The position numbers were made by a program, and so were the translations under genes. From an uncultured Candidatus Saccharibacteria bacterium (GTDB taxonomy: Bacteria; Patescibacteriota; Minisyncoccia; Phycocordibacterales; UBA9973): a stretch of DNA of 59,435 bases. The notes beneath the pieces were generated by a model, which saw only the letters and a program-made list of their open reading frames with translations, was not told the origin of the DNA and did not search any database. The stretch spans positions 7,497-66,931 of the forward strand of contig CAZWBZ010000001.1 in the NCBI GenBank assembly GCA_964632605.1, written 5' to 3'. Positions 25,851-34,490 of the stretch are shown piece by piece (position 1 is the first letter of the stretch; every line of letters begins with the position of its first letter).

Positions 25851-27032
25851 TTATTTCCATAAATCCCAAACATAGCTAGCAATGTTTACAGGCTTGCCGT
25901 GCAGTGGGTAATAATGCAGGTCGATAAAAGGCAAACTGTTCGCTTCTATTATTCCCCATTTTTGAGTATCGGGATCAGCTTCTGGGTCAGGAATAATTAC
26001 ATCAAACCCAACAACTGGTACGTCTATTGCATTTACGGCTGTTTCTAAATATTCTCTTAATTTAGGATGAACAGTATTCACAAGCTCTCTTGTCTCTCCC
26101 CCAAAATATCTACCTGTGCGAGAAAGTATTTGCACAACCACCCCACTATCCGGAATAGAATCCACGCTTTGGCCCTGGCGAGCTAGATAATCCAGTGATT
26201 CTTTGTTTATCTTTATATCTTCGACACGCTCGGGTTTTGTTTTGTTTTTTATTTCTATTAGCTCGGTTACGCTATGTTTACCATCACCAACAATCTCTGG
26301 AGGCTTGGCTTCAAAGAACCCAACCAGTTTTTTACCAACAAGAGTTGCACGGCAAACAGGACCAGTTAAATATTCTTCTACAGCAACATAGAGGCAAATC
26401 TTTTGAGCAATATTAAAAGATTTTACTAATTCTTCTTCGTTATTTATATAAACAGTCGTATGTCTTCCTCGTGAACCAACTCTGGGTTTTGTAATAACAG
26501 GTTTAGATAAAAGATTAAATGCAGCCAATGCTTCGGCTTGGTTTGAGACAGAAATACTTTTAGGTACAGATATCCCAGCTTTTGTTAAAACTTTTTTTAA
26601 TTCTATCTTGTCATCTATATAGTCATAACTAGACTGAGCCAGGTTTTGAGGAATAGGTAAACTTTCAAAATAAAACCATTTGTTATTTTTTATTTTTGCG
26701 CGGTATTGTTCTACTGGTTTACCGTATACAATCATTTGCTGCATCTCTATACCCCGAGCAATGGCTTCGTCCCAAATAACCTGAGACCGGCCAGTAACAG
26801 CGCCAGCTTTATTTTTACCAAACCATATAATGTGTAATTTTTGAGACAAAGAAACATAAAATAAATTTGCGCTGTTTAAAAGCCAGTTAGAAAAACGACT
26901 GTGTGAAAATTTAGAAAACTTGCGAAACAAAGGGCTTAAAAAAATACCTACGGTTTGAGCAATATAAGCCAAGATATGATTAACCGGGCTATCCCCGCAG
27001 TATGGGCAAGTATTTTTTGTACTTTTATTCAT
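25851..27032 (-). CDS. ATP-grasp domain protein (cyanophycin-synthetase-N-terminal-like), N-terminal CPYC and hydrophobic segment
   Basis: The stretch DDKIELKKVLTKAGISVPKS...KPVITKPRVGSRGRHTTVY...VEEYLTG...VGFDVI...GIIEANSLP indicates an ATP-grasp fold. Confidence 0.7.
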   Translation of the reverse strand: MNKSTKNTCPYCGDSPVNHILAYIAQTVGIFLSPLFRKFSKFSHSRFSNWLLNSANLFYVSLSQKLHIIWFGKNKAGAVTGRSQVIWDEAIARGIEMQQMIVYGKPVEQYRAKIKNNKWFYFESLPIPQNLAQSSYDYIDDKIELKKVLTKAGISVPKSISVSNQAEALAAFNLLSKPVITKPRVGSRGRHTTVYINNEEELVKSFNIAQKICLYVAVEEYLTGPVCRATLVGKKLVGFFEAKPPEIVGDGKHSVTELIEIKNKTKPERVEDIKINKESLDYLARQGQSVDSIPDSGVVVQILSRTGRYFGGETRELVNTVHPKLREYLETAVNAIDVPVVGFDVIIPDPEADPDTQKWGIIEANSLPFIDLHYYPLHGKPVNIASYVWDLWK

Positions 27033-27045
27033 ACACCTAGATTAA

Positions 27046-27089
27046 TACAAAAAAAGAATAAGCGCTACTCAAATAAATGAATAGCGCTT
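27046..27089 (-). terminator. terminator-like hairpin inside the 5' leader of the ATP-grasp gene (possible attenuator)
   Basis: The minus sense reads AAGCGCTA-ttcatttatttgag-TAGCGCTT-attcTTTTTTTg, ending ~15 nt before the ATG at 27032. It is preceded by a tight hairpin, TTTACGC-ttt-GCGTAAA (27101-27117). Confidence 0.4.
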
Positions 27090-27182
27090 TAATTCTTCTA
27101 TTTACGCAAAGCGTAAATTAGTGTCCACCTAGCATCATAAAAGTCATATAGATAACTAATAAAGATTCCTTACGACTGGATA

Positions 27183-27235
27183 TATTATACATTGCCCAGC
27201 TATTCTTTTGCAAGCTTTGGATAGAAAAGCTATAA
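27183..27235. promoter_or_regulatory. back-to-back divergent promoters sharing one palindromic -35 hexamer TTGCAA
   Basis: Plus strand: TTGCAA(27207-27212)-N17-TATAAT(27230-27235), with the ATG 7 nt later. Minus strand: the same TTGCAA-N18-TATAAT (complement of 27183-27188). Confidence 0.5.
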
Positions 27236-27242
27236 TAATCTT

Positions 27243-27962
27243 ATGGATGAGAATAAAAACCCAGAAAATCTAACTCGCGAAGAAACCGCGTCGATGATTT
27301 CCCACGAACTAAGAACTTCTTTAACTGCATCAAAATGGATGCTAGACATGCTTCAGGATGGAGATGTAGGAGAGTTAACTATTGCCCAAAAAGAAGTTGT
27401 TAGTAAACTAATGTCATCAAACTCTAGAATGATGGATGTTGCTACAAATCTTATTGCACTATCTAAAACATCATCTCACGAAAGTGAATACCACATGGGC
27501 GATATAGATATCGTAGATATTATTGATTCTGTTGTATTCGAACTAGGTAGCGAAGCATTTAGCCAGCATATTGAAATAATATATGTAAAACCTGGCCAAA
27601 CAATACCTAAAATACATGGCGATGAATCCAAGCTACGTATTGTATTCCAAAACCTTATAGACAACGCTATTAAATATTCTAACAGCGGCGGACGTGTTGT
27701 AATATCTCTTATCACAGAAAACGAAAGTTTGAAGATAAGCATCAAAGACAGTGGTATTGGTATTAGTGAAACTGATTTACCAATGATTACCAAGCAGTTC
27801 TTCCGTGCGCCTAATGCTACCCAAAAGGTTACAGCTGGGTCTGGAATCGGGCTTTATATCTGCAAACGTATTATAGAAGGACACAATGGAACAGTGGGAA
27901 TAGAAAGTAAGCTAGGTGAAGGCACAACTATTACAGTAAACCTTCCAATTCCCAAGAATTAA
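27243..27962 (+). CDS. sensor-less cytoplasmic histidine kinase (HisKA + HATPase_c only)
   Basis: The H-box SHELRTSLTA lies ~20 aa from the N-terminus. N-box DNAIKYS, G1 box DSGIGI and G2 box GSGIGL are present. There is no TM segment or sensor domain. Confidence 0.9.
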   Translation: MDENKNPENLTREETASMISHELRTSLTASKWMLDMLQDGDVGELTIAQKEVVSKLMSSNSRMMDVATNLIALSKTSSHESEYHMGDIDIVDIIDSVVFELGSEAFSQHIEIIYVKPGQTIPKIHGDESKLRIVFQNLIDNAIKYSNSGGRVVISLITENESLKISIKDSGIGISETDLPMITKQFFRAPNATQKVTAGSGIGLYICKRIIEGHNGTVGIESKLGEGTTITVNLPIPKN

Positions 27963-27983
27963 TAATTGTGATAATATAGACAT

Positions 27984-28358
27984 ATGAGCAAAACGATTCT
28001 AATTGTTGAAGATGATTCATTTATCCAAGAACTAACCGCAAAAAAGCTAGAAAAGGCAGGTTTTACTGTTATCATGGTTCAAAACGGTCAAGACGCTATT
28101 AAAAAAGCCGAAGAAGACAAGTTTGATTTAGTTATTTGTGACCTTGTTATCCCCCACATAGACGGATTTGAAGTTATCGCCAAGCTTCGCACAATGGAAA
28201 AGACTAAGACTGTGCCTATTGTTGTGTTCTCAAACCTTGCAGATAGTGACGCTTTTGGTAAAGCAACTGCTGCCGGAGCTACAAAATTCCTGGTTAAAGC
28301 AAACTTCTCTCTTTCAGATGTTGTTACAGAAGTAGAAAATCTTATAGGTAAAGCATAA
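27984..28358 (+). CDS. receiver-only (CheY-like) response regulator
   Basis: 124 aa with MSKTILIVEDD...VICDLVIPHIDG...K. It has the same length as the 19169-19543 gene and a near-identical N-terminus. Confidence 0.9.
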   Translation: MSKTILIVEDDSFIQELTAKKLEKAGFTVIMVQNGQDAIKKAEEDKFDLVICDLVIPHIDGFEVIAKLRTMEKTKTVPIVVFSNLADSDAFGKATAAGATKFLVKANFSLSDVVTEVENLIGKA

Positions 28359-28361
28359 AGA

Positions 28362-28390
28362 ACACCCTCGCGCAGCGAGGGTGTTTTGTT
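28362..28390 (+). terminator. intrinsic terminator
   Basis: ACACCCTCGC-gca-GCGAGGGTGT followed by TTTTGTT. Confidence 0.8.
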
Positions 28391-28403
28391 ATATAATAGA
28401 CTC

Positions 28404-28820
28404 ATGAAAAGCATATTGGCACTGGTAGTGGTCTTAATAATTGGTTTTGCTATTGGTAGCTTTACTAATACAGGAAACTCTTTTTTTAATTTCCTAAACA
28501 AAGATAAAGTTAACAGCGTAGACCTAAACAGTTCTGCTAAAGAAGCTTTGGCTAATATTACGGAAAATGCTCAAAAGCAAACCGGTGCGGTTTTCGACAA
28601 GCAGTATCTAGACACTATGATAATAATGTACGAAGGATCAGTAGCTTTGTCTAAAATAGGTACAGTAGCCGGCGGACACCCTGAACTAAGAACTACAGCA
28701 AAATCAGTCAGTCGTGACGACGCTGCAGTATTAGCACAATTAAAAAAATGGCGCAGCGAATGGTTTCCTGAAACAGCGCCAGATACCACTAGTACAAAGC
28801 CACCTTTTGTAAACAAATAG
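28404..28820 (+). CDS. DUF305-like secreted/anchored helical protein
   Basis: Has an N-terminal TM segment. The stretch DKQYLDTMIIMYEGSVALSK...ELRTTAKSVSRDDAAVLAQLKKW resembles the DUF305 pattern but lacks its HH pair. The ATG at 28404 is preferred because the TTG at 28386 lies inside the terminator. Confidence 0.45.
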   Translation: MKSILALVVVLIIGFAIGSFTNTGNSFFNFLNKDKVNSVDLNSSAKEALANITENAQKQTGAVFDKQYLDTMIIMYEGSVALSKIGTVAGGHPELRTTAKSVSRDDAAVLAQLKKWRSEWFPETAPDTTSTKPPFVNK

Positions 28821-28821
28821 T

Positions 28822-28977
28822 ATGAAAACAAACAAATCTTTATTTACAACACTACTACCCTTTCTTGCAGCAATAGGTTTTTTGGTTTTAATTTTTGTTT
28901 GGAACAAAGACCCAAAATCTAAAAACACAATAACTATTCCCGGGCCACAAACACCGCCGCCAAATCTTCTTAAATAG
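28822..28977 (+). CDS. possible 51 aa single-pass membrane peptide
   Basis: Below the ORF-track size cutoff. Manual translation gives MKTNKSLFTTLLPFLAAIGFLVLIFVWNKDPKSKNTITIPGPQTPPPNLLK. The start lies 2 nt after the upstream stop. Confidence 0.3.
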   Translation: MKTNKSLFTTLLPFLAAIGFLVLIFVWNKDPKSKNTITIPGPQTPPPNLLK

Positions 28978-28995
28978 TATTAATACTTTTACCGG

Positions 28996-30990
28996 ATGGC
29001 ACCAAATTCAGAAATCAAAAAAATTACACGCCTTACCAAAGTCCAGTCTGACGCATTAGCTAAGATGGGTCTTTTAACACTGCAGGATCTTTTATTTTAT
29101 TTCCCAAATAGATACGAAGACACTGGTAATGTAAAAAACATTGCCGGACTTGTAGATGGAGAACGGTCGATAGTTCAAGGAGAAATATCCAAAATAGGTA
29201 AAGAAGTATCTTACAAAAGCCGTATTCCCCTAACCCGCGCTATTATAAAAGATACTACTGGCCAAGTAGAAATAACATGGCTACACCAGCCGTATATGGC
29301 TAACATGCTAAAGGTAGGTCAAAACGTAATCTTGTCTGGGAATATTGTTATTAAAAACAGTAAGCGCAGTATCTTAAACCCTGATGTATTAAAAACTAAA
29401 GACAATCTAGGTAATTCCCTGTTTAGCGAAGGTAGTATTGAAGTAACCGAAATACCCGTATACCCAGAAACCCGAGGACTAAATGCAAAATGGTTTTACT
29501 ATACAATGCAAAAGATTATTGCAGCTGGCGTACACAAAAAAATAGTAGACCCATTACCAGAAAGTATAATAGAGACGTACCACCTGCCTAGACTAGAAAC
29601 GGCACTACTTTGGATGCACATGCCTCGCAAAAAAGAAGACGCAGCCGCAGCTAGAAAACGTTTTGCTTTTGAGGAAATATTATATATAGAAATCGAACGT
29701 CTTCGCGCCCGCGCTGAATACAGAGAAAACGGAGCTTACAAAATAAACCCGGATATAAAAGAATTCTTAAAAACACTTTCTTTTGATTTAACTGCAGGCC
29801 AAAAAATAGTACTGGATGATGTACTAAAAGACACTGCTCAAAATATTCCTATGACTCGCCTATTGGAAGGCGACGTTGGTAGCGGTAAAACTGCAATTGC
29901 TGCAGCAGTATCTTACGCTGCGATAAATTCAATCAGCCCGAATAAAAAAAATGAAAGGTTGCAGGTGTTATATATGGCCCCAACAGAAATATTAGCCAAC
30001 CAGCATTTTGAAAGTTTTTGTAAAATGTTTGCCCCCTTTGGAAAAACTATTGGGCTAATCACCAGTAGCGGCTGTAAAAAATTCCCAGCAAAGAGCGTAT
30101 CCATGAAAAGACTGGATGTACCATGGACGCCAGTATCTCGCGCCCAGCTTCTAAAATGGGCCAAGGATGGCAGCGTAGACATATTAATTGGTACGCATTC
30201 ACTTATGAACAAATCAGTAGTAATGCGTCATTTTGCATTGGCCATAATAGACGAACAACACCGTTTTGGGGCCAAGCAGCGCCATGCATTAATTAGTAAA
30301 GATGGGCTGGCCCCACACCTACTGTCTATGACGGCTACGCCTATTCCCCGTACCCTGGCACTAACTATATTTGGGGATTTGGATTTGTCATTATTAACCG
30401 ACATGCCGCCAGGACGCAAACCAGTAATAACTAAATTTATTCCAAAAGGTGGACGAGATGAAATGTATGACAAGCTAAGACTGGAATTAAAATCCGGCCG
30501 CCAAGCATATGTTATCTGCCCACGTATCGATGAGAAAGATGAATCAGATGGACCGTCTAAGAATAGCGGCGGCAGTAGATCAGTTGTTGAAGAAGCAAAG
30601 CGTTTAGCCAAAGGCGAACTAAAAGGTTACCGCATTGGAATCCTGCACGGCAAGATGAAGCCAGCAGAAAAAGAAGACATCATGGATAAATATTTACGTC
30701 ATGAGCTGGACGTATTAGTTGCAACCAGTGTTATTGAAGTTGGGGTTAATGTACCCAATGCCAGTGTTATAATAATAGAAGAAGCCGAAAGATTTGGCGC
30801 AGCGCAATTGCATCAACTGCGCGGTCGTGTTATCCGCGGAATACACCAAAGCTACTGCTATTTATTAAGTAATACCGAAAGTGAAAAGTCTGCAAAAAGA
30901 TTAGTCTCTCTTGTTGAAACCAAGAATGGTTTTGAGCTTGCCGAAGCCGACATGATGGAACGCGGACCAGGACATTTTGCTGGGGTTTAG
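28996..30990 (+). CDS. recG: ATP-dependent DNA helicase RecG, reading frame closed by an in-frame TAG at 30988-30990
   Basis: Has a wedge/OB N-terminal domain, Walker A GDVGSGKT, DEQHRFG, helicase motif VI QLRGRV and then MERGPGHFAGV*. Confidence 0.9.
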   Translation: MAPNSEIKKITRLTKVQSDALAKMGLLTLQDLLFYFPNRYEDTGNVKNIAGLVDGERSIVQGEISKIGKEVSYKSRIPLTRAIIKDTTGQVEITWLHQPYMANMLKVGQNVILSGNIVIKNSKRSILNPDVLKTKDNLGNSLFSEGSIEVTEIPVYPETRGLNAKWFYYTMQKIIAAGVHKKIVDPLPESIIETYHLPRLETALLWMHMPRKKEDAAAARKRFAFEEILYIEIERLRARAEYRENGAYKINPDIKEFLKTLSFDLTAGQKIVLDDVLKDTAQNIPMTRLLEGDVGSGKTAIAAAVSYAAINSISPNKKNERLQVLYMAPTEILANQHFESFCKMFAPFGKTIGLITSSGCKKFPAKSVSMKRLDVPWTPVSRAQLLKWAKDGSVDILIGTHSLMNKSVVMRHFALAIIDEQHRFGAKQRHALISKDGLAPHLLSMTATPIPRTLALTIFGDLDLSLLTDMPPGRKPVITKFIPKGGRDEMYDKLRLELKSGRQAYVICPRIDEKDESDGPSKNSGGSRSVVEEAKRLAKGELKGYRIGILHGKMKPAEKEDIMDKYLRHELDVLVATSVIEVGVNVPNASVIIIEEAERFGAAQLHQLRGRVIRGIHQSYCYLLSNTESEKSAKRLVSLVETKNGFELAEADMMERGPGHFAGV

Positions 30991-31158
30991 CAGTCCGGTA
31001 TTTCCGACCTGGCAATGGAAGCCCTAAGAAATATCAAACTGGTAGAAGCTGCTAAAAAAGAAGCCAAAGCAATACTGGAAAAAGATAAAGAACTAAAAAA
31101 GCACACAGCTATTGCCGCGCGCCTTCTCTCTCGTACTAAGACTGTACATTTTGAATAA
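30991..31158 (+). other. recG: in-frame continuation of recG after the TAG (55 codons, conserved RecG C-terminus)
   Basis: Same frame: QSGISDLAMEALRNIKLVEAAKKEAKAILEKDKELKKHTAIAARLLSRTKTVHFE-TAA. It restores the conserved G-x-[KR]-QSG TRG-motif region. The terminator follows this TAA, not the TAG. Confidence 0.75.
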
Positions 31159-31160
31159 AC

Positions 31161-31192
31161 AAAAAAACATAGGCTTGACCTATGTTTTTTTT
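31161..31192. terminator. bidirectional terminator
   Basis: AAACATAGG-cttga-CCTATGTTT with flanking A and T runs. Confidence 0.75.
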
Positions 31193-32339
31193 ATTCTACA
31201 ACTAATGCTTGATTGGATACGGCACCAAAGATAGACATATGTTTTACTAATCTTTCTTTAGACCAGTATTCGTTAGCACGGCCAGACAGTGGGTCGTGGA
31301 CGTAAAACCCAACTGGCTCGTGTTCGCTGCCTACTACCCCAGTAATAGTTCGAGCATGCTCATTAGAATATATAGGCACGCGTACGCCATCACGAGTATA
31401 AAAATAAGATAGCTTTGGAACAGTGTCATTAATATAACCCCACATAACAACTGGGTTACCAGACAAAACTTCGGACGCAATTTGCTCGGCAGTTGGATTA
31501 GTAAGTATTTTTGTTTCTCGCCCAAAATGTTTTGCTGCTTTTGATAAAGCGCTGGCATACATACCATAACCAGACTGCGGACCATCTATATATCCAACAA
31601 ACTGCTCGTATGGGTTATCCCAAATTCTATTTGCCCAGTCGGCTTCTATTGGGTCATAACCAGCAGCCTTGACCACATCCATGTCTTTTACATTTACGCC
31701 TTTGAATGCCAAAGCCATACGCATAGAAGCAGATTCGCAACTACGAGAAAACTGCTGGCGGAAATAAGGAACACTAAGAATTTTTAAGTTGGGTTCTGTC
31801 TCGAAACTTTGAGAAACACTTTTAACTAAAGATTCACCATTTACCCCATGCAGTGTTTCGTCTATTGTTACAGTATATTTTGTTTGTGGTGCTAAATCAT
31901 TTTTAGGCTTAAATGTAGCCACGCGGCCATTTACATTAAATGTACCAGGAACATTTGGAACAATCGTAAAAGATTTTTCCAAAGTTTTAATATTTATATT
32001 ACTAGATGCAATAATTGTAATTTCACTTTTTATTCTTTGGTGTTTACCTTTTGGAAGAACAGTTAGACTAAGCTCTTCCCCGTTTGTAGCAATAACAGGA
32101 ATGTCTCCTTCTTCTGGAATAGATTCTTCTATGTCCATTACCACATCTGGCTTTAATAATTCATTTTTTGCAGCACTATCTTTTTCGTTAATTAAAGACT
32201 GTAACCCAGCTTCTTCATCTGCGTTAGCACTGGCAGGACCAGCTCCGGCGATAAGCCAAACAACAAAAAACAATGTAATCCCAATCGCTGTAAAAGCGTG
32301 TGCTGGGTGAATATGATTGTCTTTGCCACGGTAAGCCAT
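31191..32339 (-). CDS. membrane-anchored extracellular protein: Ig-like (Big/SbsA-type) domain + C39-like cysteine peptidase domain
   Basis: Has an N-terminal TM segment. The stretch FTIVPNVPGTFNVNGRVATFKPKNDLAPQTKYTVTI is Ig-like. LSVPYFRQQFSRSCESASMRMAL resembles a peptidase_C39-like (YvpB-type) catalytic Cys region. Confidence 0.6.
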   Translation of the reverse strand: MAYRGKDNHIHPAHAFTAIGITLFFVVWLIAGAGPASANADEEAGLQSLINEKDSAAKNELLKPDVVMDIEESIPEEGDIPVIATNGEELSLTVLPKGKHQRIKSEITIIASSNINIKTLEKSFTIVPNVPGTFNVNGRVATFKPKNDLAPQTKYTVTIDETLHGVNGESLVKSVSQSFETEPNLKILSVPYFRQQFSRSCESASMRMALAFKGVNVKDMDVVKAAGYDPIEADWANRIWDNPYEQFVGYIDGPQSGYGMYASALSKAAKHFGRETKILTNPTAEQIASEVLSGNPVVMWGYINDTVPKLSYFYTRDGVRVPIYSNEHARTITGVVGSEHEPVGFYVHDPLSGRANEYWSKERLVKHMSIFGAVSNQALVVE

Positions 32340-32405
32340 ATATAAATTAACTATACATTAGTAAACTTGAAAAACAAAGCTAATTAGAGTAATGTATGTG
32401 CATAC

Positions 32406-32478
32406 CCATCCTTAGCTCAGTTGGTAGAGCAGTCGTCTTATACACGACCGGTCGTTGGTTCGAATCCAACAGGATGGA
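32406..32478 (+). tRNA. tRNA-Ile (anticodon UAU)
   Basis: Fold: CCATCCT-TA-GCTC-AGTTGGTA-GAGC-A-GTCGT-CTTATAC-ACGAC-CGGTC-GTTGG-TTCGAAT-CCAAC-AGGATGG-A. The cloverleaf is canonical. The body resembles bacterial tRNA-Ile2 but has T instead of C at position 34. Confidence 0.85.
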
Positions 32479-32485
32479 CAATATA

Positions 32486-32511
32486 AAAAGACCCCGTTAT
32501 GGGGTCTTTTT
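32486..32511. terminator. bidirectional terminator (tRNA-Ile / ftsH)
   Basis: AAAAGACCCC-gttat-GGGGTCTTTT. Confidence 0.75.
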
Positions 32512-32512
32512 A

Positions 32513-34423
32513 TTATAGTGTCTTTGGTTTAATACCAAAAGATTTTATAATTTCATTGTATTCAGCTTGTTCTAAAGTTTCTACATCTATTAGTTTTATT
32601 GCTATAGCGTCTAACACATTTCTGTATTTAGCTAGTAGTTCATGAGCACGTTTATAACTGTCCTTCATTATCTTCTCTACTTCTAAATCTATTCTAGCTT
32701 GCAAAGATTGAGAAATCTCACCATCTACAGCATTACCAAACATTACTTTTGAAGAAGGAGCAGTTGCTAGTGGCCCAATGTCTTTAGACATACCGAAACG
32801 TGTTACCATTTCACGCGCAAGATTTGTAGAAACCTGCAGGTCGTTACTTGGCCCAGTTGTTACGTCTCCAAAAATGATTTCTTCTGTTGCAAACCCGCCA
32901 AGAGAAACAACAATATCGTCCAGGAATGAATTTCTAGAATGAATACGTTTATCATCCAGTGGTATCTTTAATGTATAACCGCCGGCATTACCGCGAGAAA
33001 TAATAGAAATCTTATGTACAGGGTCGGCATGTTCCAAAACTGATGCAAGTATTGCGTGACCAGCTTCGTGGTACGCAGTAAGACGTTTTTCTTCTTCACC
33101 CATAAGATGGCTTTGTCTTTCTGGACCTATCATTACCTTTTCCACTGCGCTAGATAAATCTCTTTGCGCAACTTCTTTTCTATCATCGCGGGCTGCAAGT
33201 ATCGCGGCTTCATTCATAACGCTGTACAAATCTGCTCCAGAAAATCCTGGTGTACGAGACGCTACTGTTTCAAGATCTACTCCTGCTTCAACTTTCTTTT
33301 TCTTAGCGTGGATTTTTAGTATTTCAGTACGGTCTCTTCGGTCTGGCAATTCCATCATTACGCGTCTATCAAAACGGCCTGGGCGAAGTAGTGCGCTATC
33401 TAGTACGTCAGATCGGTTTGTTGCTGCCATAACGATGACTTTGTCGGTTGGTTCAAAGCCGTCCATCTCTACTAGTATTTGGTTTAAAGTTTGCTCACGT
33501 TCGTCGTTTCCGCCGCCCATACCAACACCGCGAGAACGTCCCACAGCATCTATTTCATCAATAAAGATAATTGCTGGAGCTAACTTCTTTGCCATTTTAA
33601 AAAGATCACGTACGCGTGATGCGCCAACACCAACAAACATCTCTACGAATTCAGAACCTGAAAGATGGAAAAATGGTACGTGGGCTTCCCCTGCTACTGC
33701 GCGCGCAAGTAATGTCTTACCTGTACCTGGGTGCCCAGTTAGTAATACTCCTTTTGGAATTTCTGCTCCTATTTCTAAAAACTTTTTTGGTTCACGCAAA
33801 AATTCTACAATTTCTTTTAGTTCTTGTTTAGCTTCTCTTGCGCCAGCAACATCAGCAAAAGTGATTCTGTTTTTTGTATCATTAGGGTCGATGATGCGAG
33901 CCTTGGATTGACCAAAATTAAATGCTTGCATACCAGCGCCTTTGACGCTGCGAGTCATAAAATATATTAAGATACCAATGATTAGCATTGGCACCAAAAA
34001 TGGCAAGGACTGTACTAAGAAATATTTAAAACCACTTTGTACTTTTACTTCGATATTTGCTGCAGATATTTTTTCTGCTGTAACGCCGTAGTTAGATAAT
34101 GTTTCAGTAAGAGAAGATTCGGATTCTTTGTTAGCTTTTACAAAAGTCCCATCTGCAAGCTCGGCTTTGATTTGGCCGCCAGTTACAACAATAGTTTTAG
34201 TTGCGCCAGTATTAATAAGAGTAGCTATTTCTGTAAGAGAGCCATCTTTTACAATTTCTTTTTTATTAGTTACCATTCCGTAAATTCCAGACAGTAGGAA
34301 GAAGAATAGCACTACCCCCACCAGTTGGGTCATAAAACCTGGCTCGTTATTTTTAGGCTTACTTTTACCATTTTTACCTGGCTTTGTAGGCTTATTTTTG
34401 ATCTTTTTGAATACGATTTTCAT
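32513..34423 (-). CDS. ftsH: ATP-dependent zinc metalloprotease FtsH
   Basis: Has two TM segments, AAA Walker A GHPGTGKT, the SRH region and the zinc motif HEAGHA. The ATG at 34423 is preferred over the GTG at 34429. Confidence 0.95.
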   Translation of the reverse strand: MKIVFKKIKNKPTKPGKNGKSKPKNNEPGFMTQLVGVVLFFFLLSGIYGMVTNKKEIVKDGSLTEIATLINTGATKTIVVTGGQIKAELADGTFVKANKESESSLTETLSNYGVTAEKISAANIEVKVQSGFKYFLVQSLPFLVPMLIIGILIYFMTRSVKGAGMQAFNFGQSKARIIDPNDTKNRITFADVAGAREAKQELKEIVEFLREPKKFLEIGAEIPKGVLLTGHPGTGKTLLARAVAGEAHVPFFHLSGSEFVEMFVGVGASRVRDLFKMAKKLAPAIIFIDEIDAVGRSRGVGMGGGNDEREQTLNQILVEMDGFEPTDKVIVMAATNRSDVLDSALLRPGRFDRRVMMELPDRRDRTEILKIHAKKKKVEAGVDLETVASRTPGFSGADLYSVMNEAAILAARDDRKEVAQRDLSSAVEKVMIGPERQSHLMGEEEKRLTAYHEAGHAILASVLEHADPVHKISIISRGNAGGYTLKIPLDDKRIHSRNSFLDDIVVSLGGFATEEIIFGDVTTGPSNDLQVSTNLAREMVTRFGMSKDIGPLATAPSSKVMFGNAVDGEISQSLQARIDLEVEKIMKDSYKRAHELLAKYRNVLDAIAIKLIDVETLEQAEYNEIIKSFGIKPKTL

Positions 34424-34490
34424 GACCACACTATACAGGAAACAACCCCTATTTTCCAGCGAACTAGATTTTATATGCTAAGATATAGAC

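Noticed and set aside
19769-30990. Idea that the unusual Ser-scaffold tRNA suppresses the in-frame TAG of recG (its loop UUACUAA contains CUA)
   Set aside because: CUA is one position out of the canonical anticodon register (positions 35-37). TAG also terminates at least seven other genes here at sensible ends: 1909, 4701, 8488, 10852, 23886, 28820 and 40206. The link is kept only as a remote possibility and mentioned under the two separate findings.
33435-33911. 158 aa plus-strand ORF inside ftsH, and similar long antisense ORFs (39651-40187 in the mutase gene, 30228-30611 in recG, 55870-56217 in rplE, 57775-58146 in rplP/rpsC)
   Set aside because: All are fully embedded antisense to strongly conserved genes, and none has its own motifs or signals.
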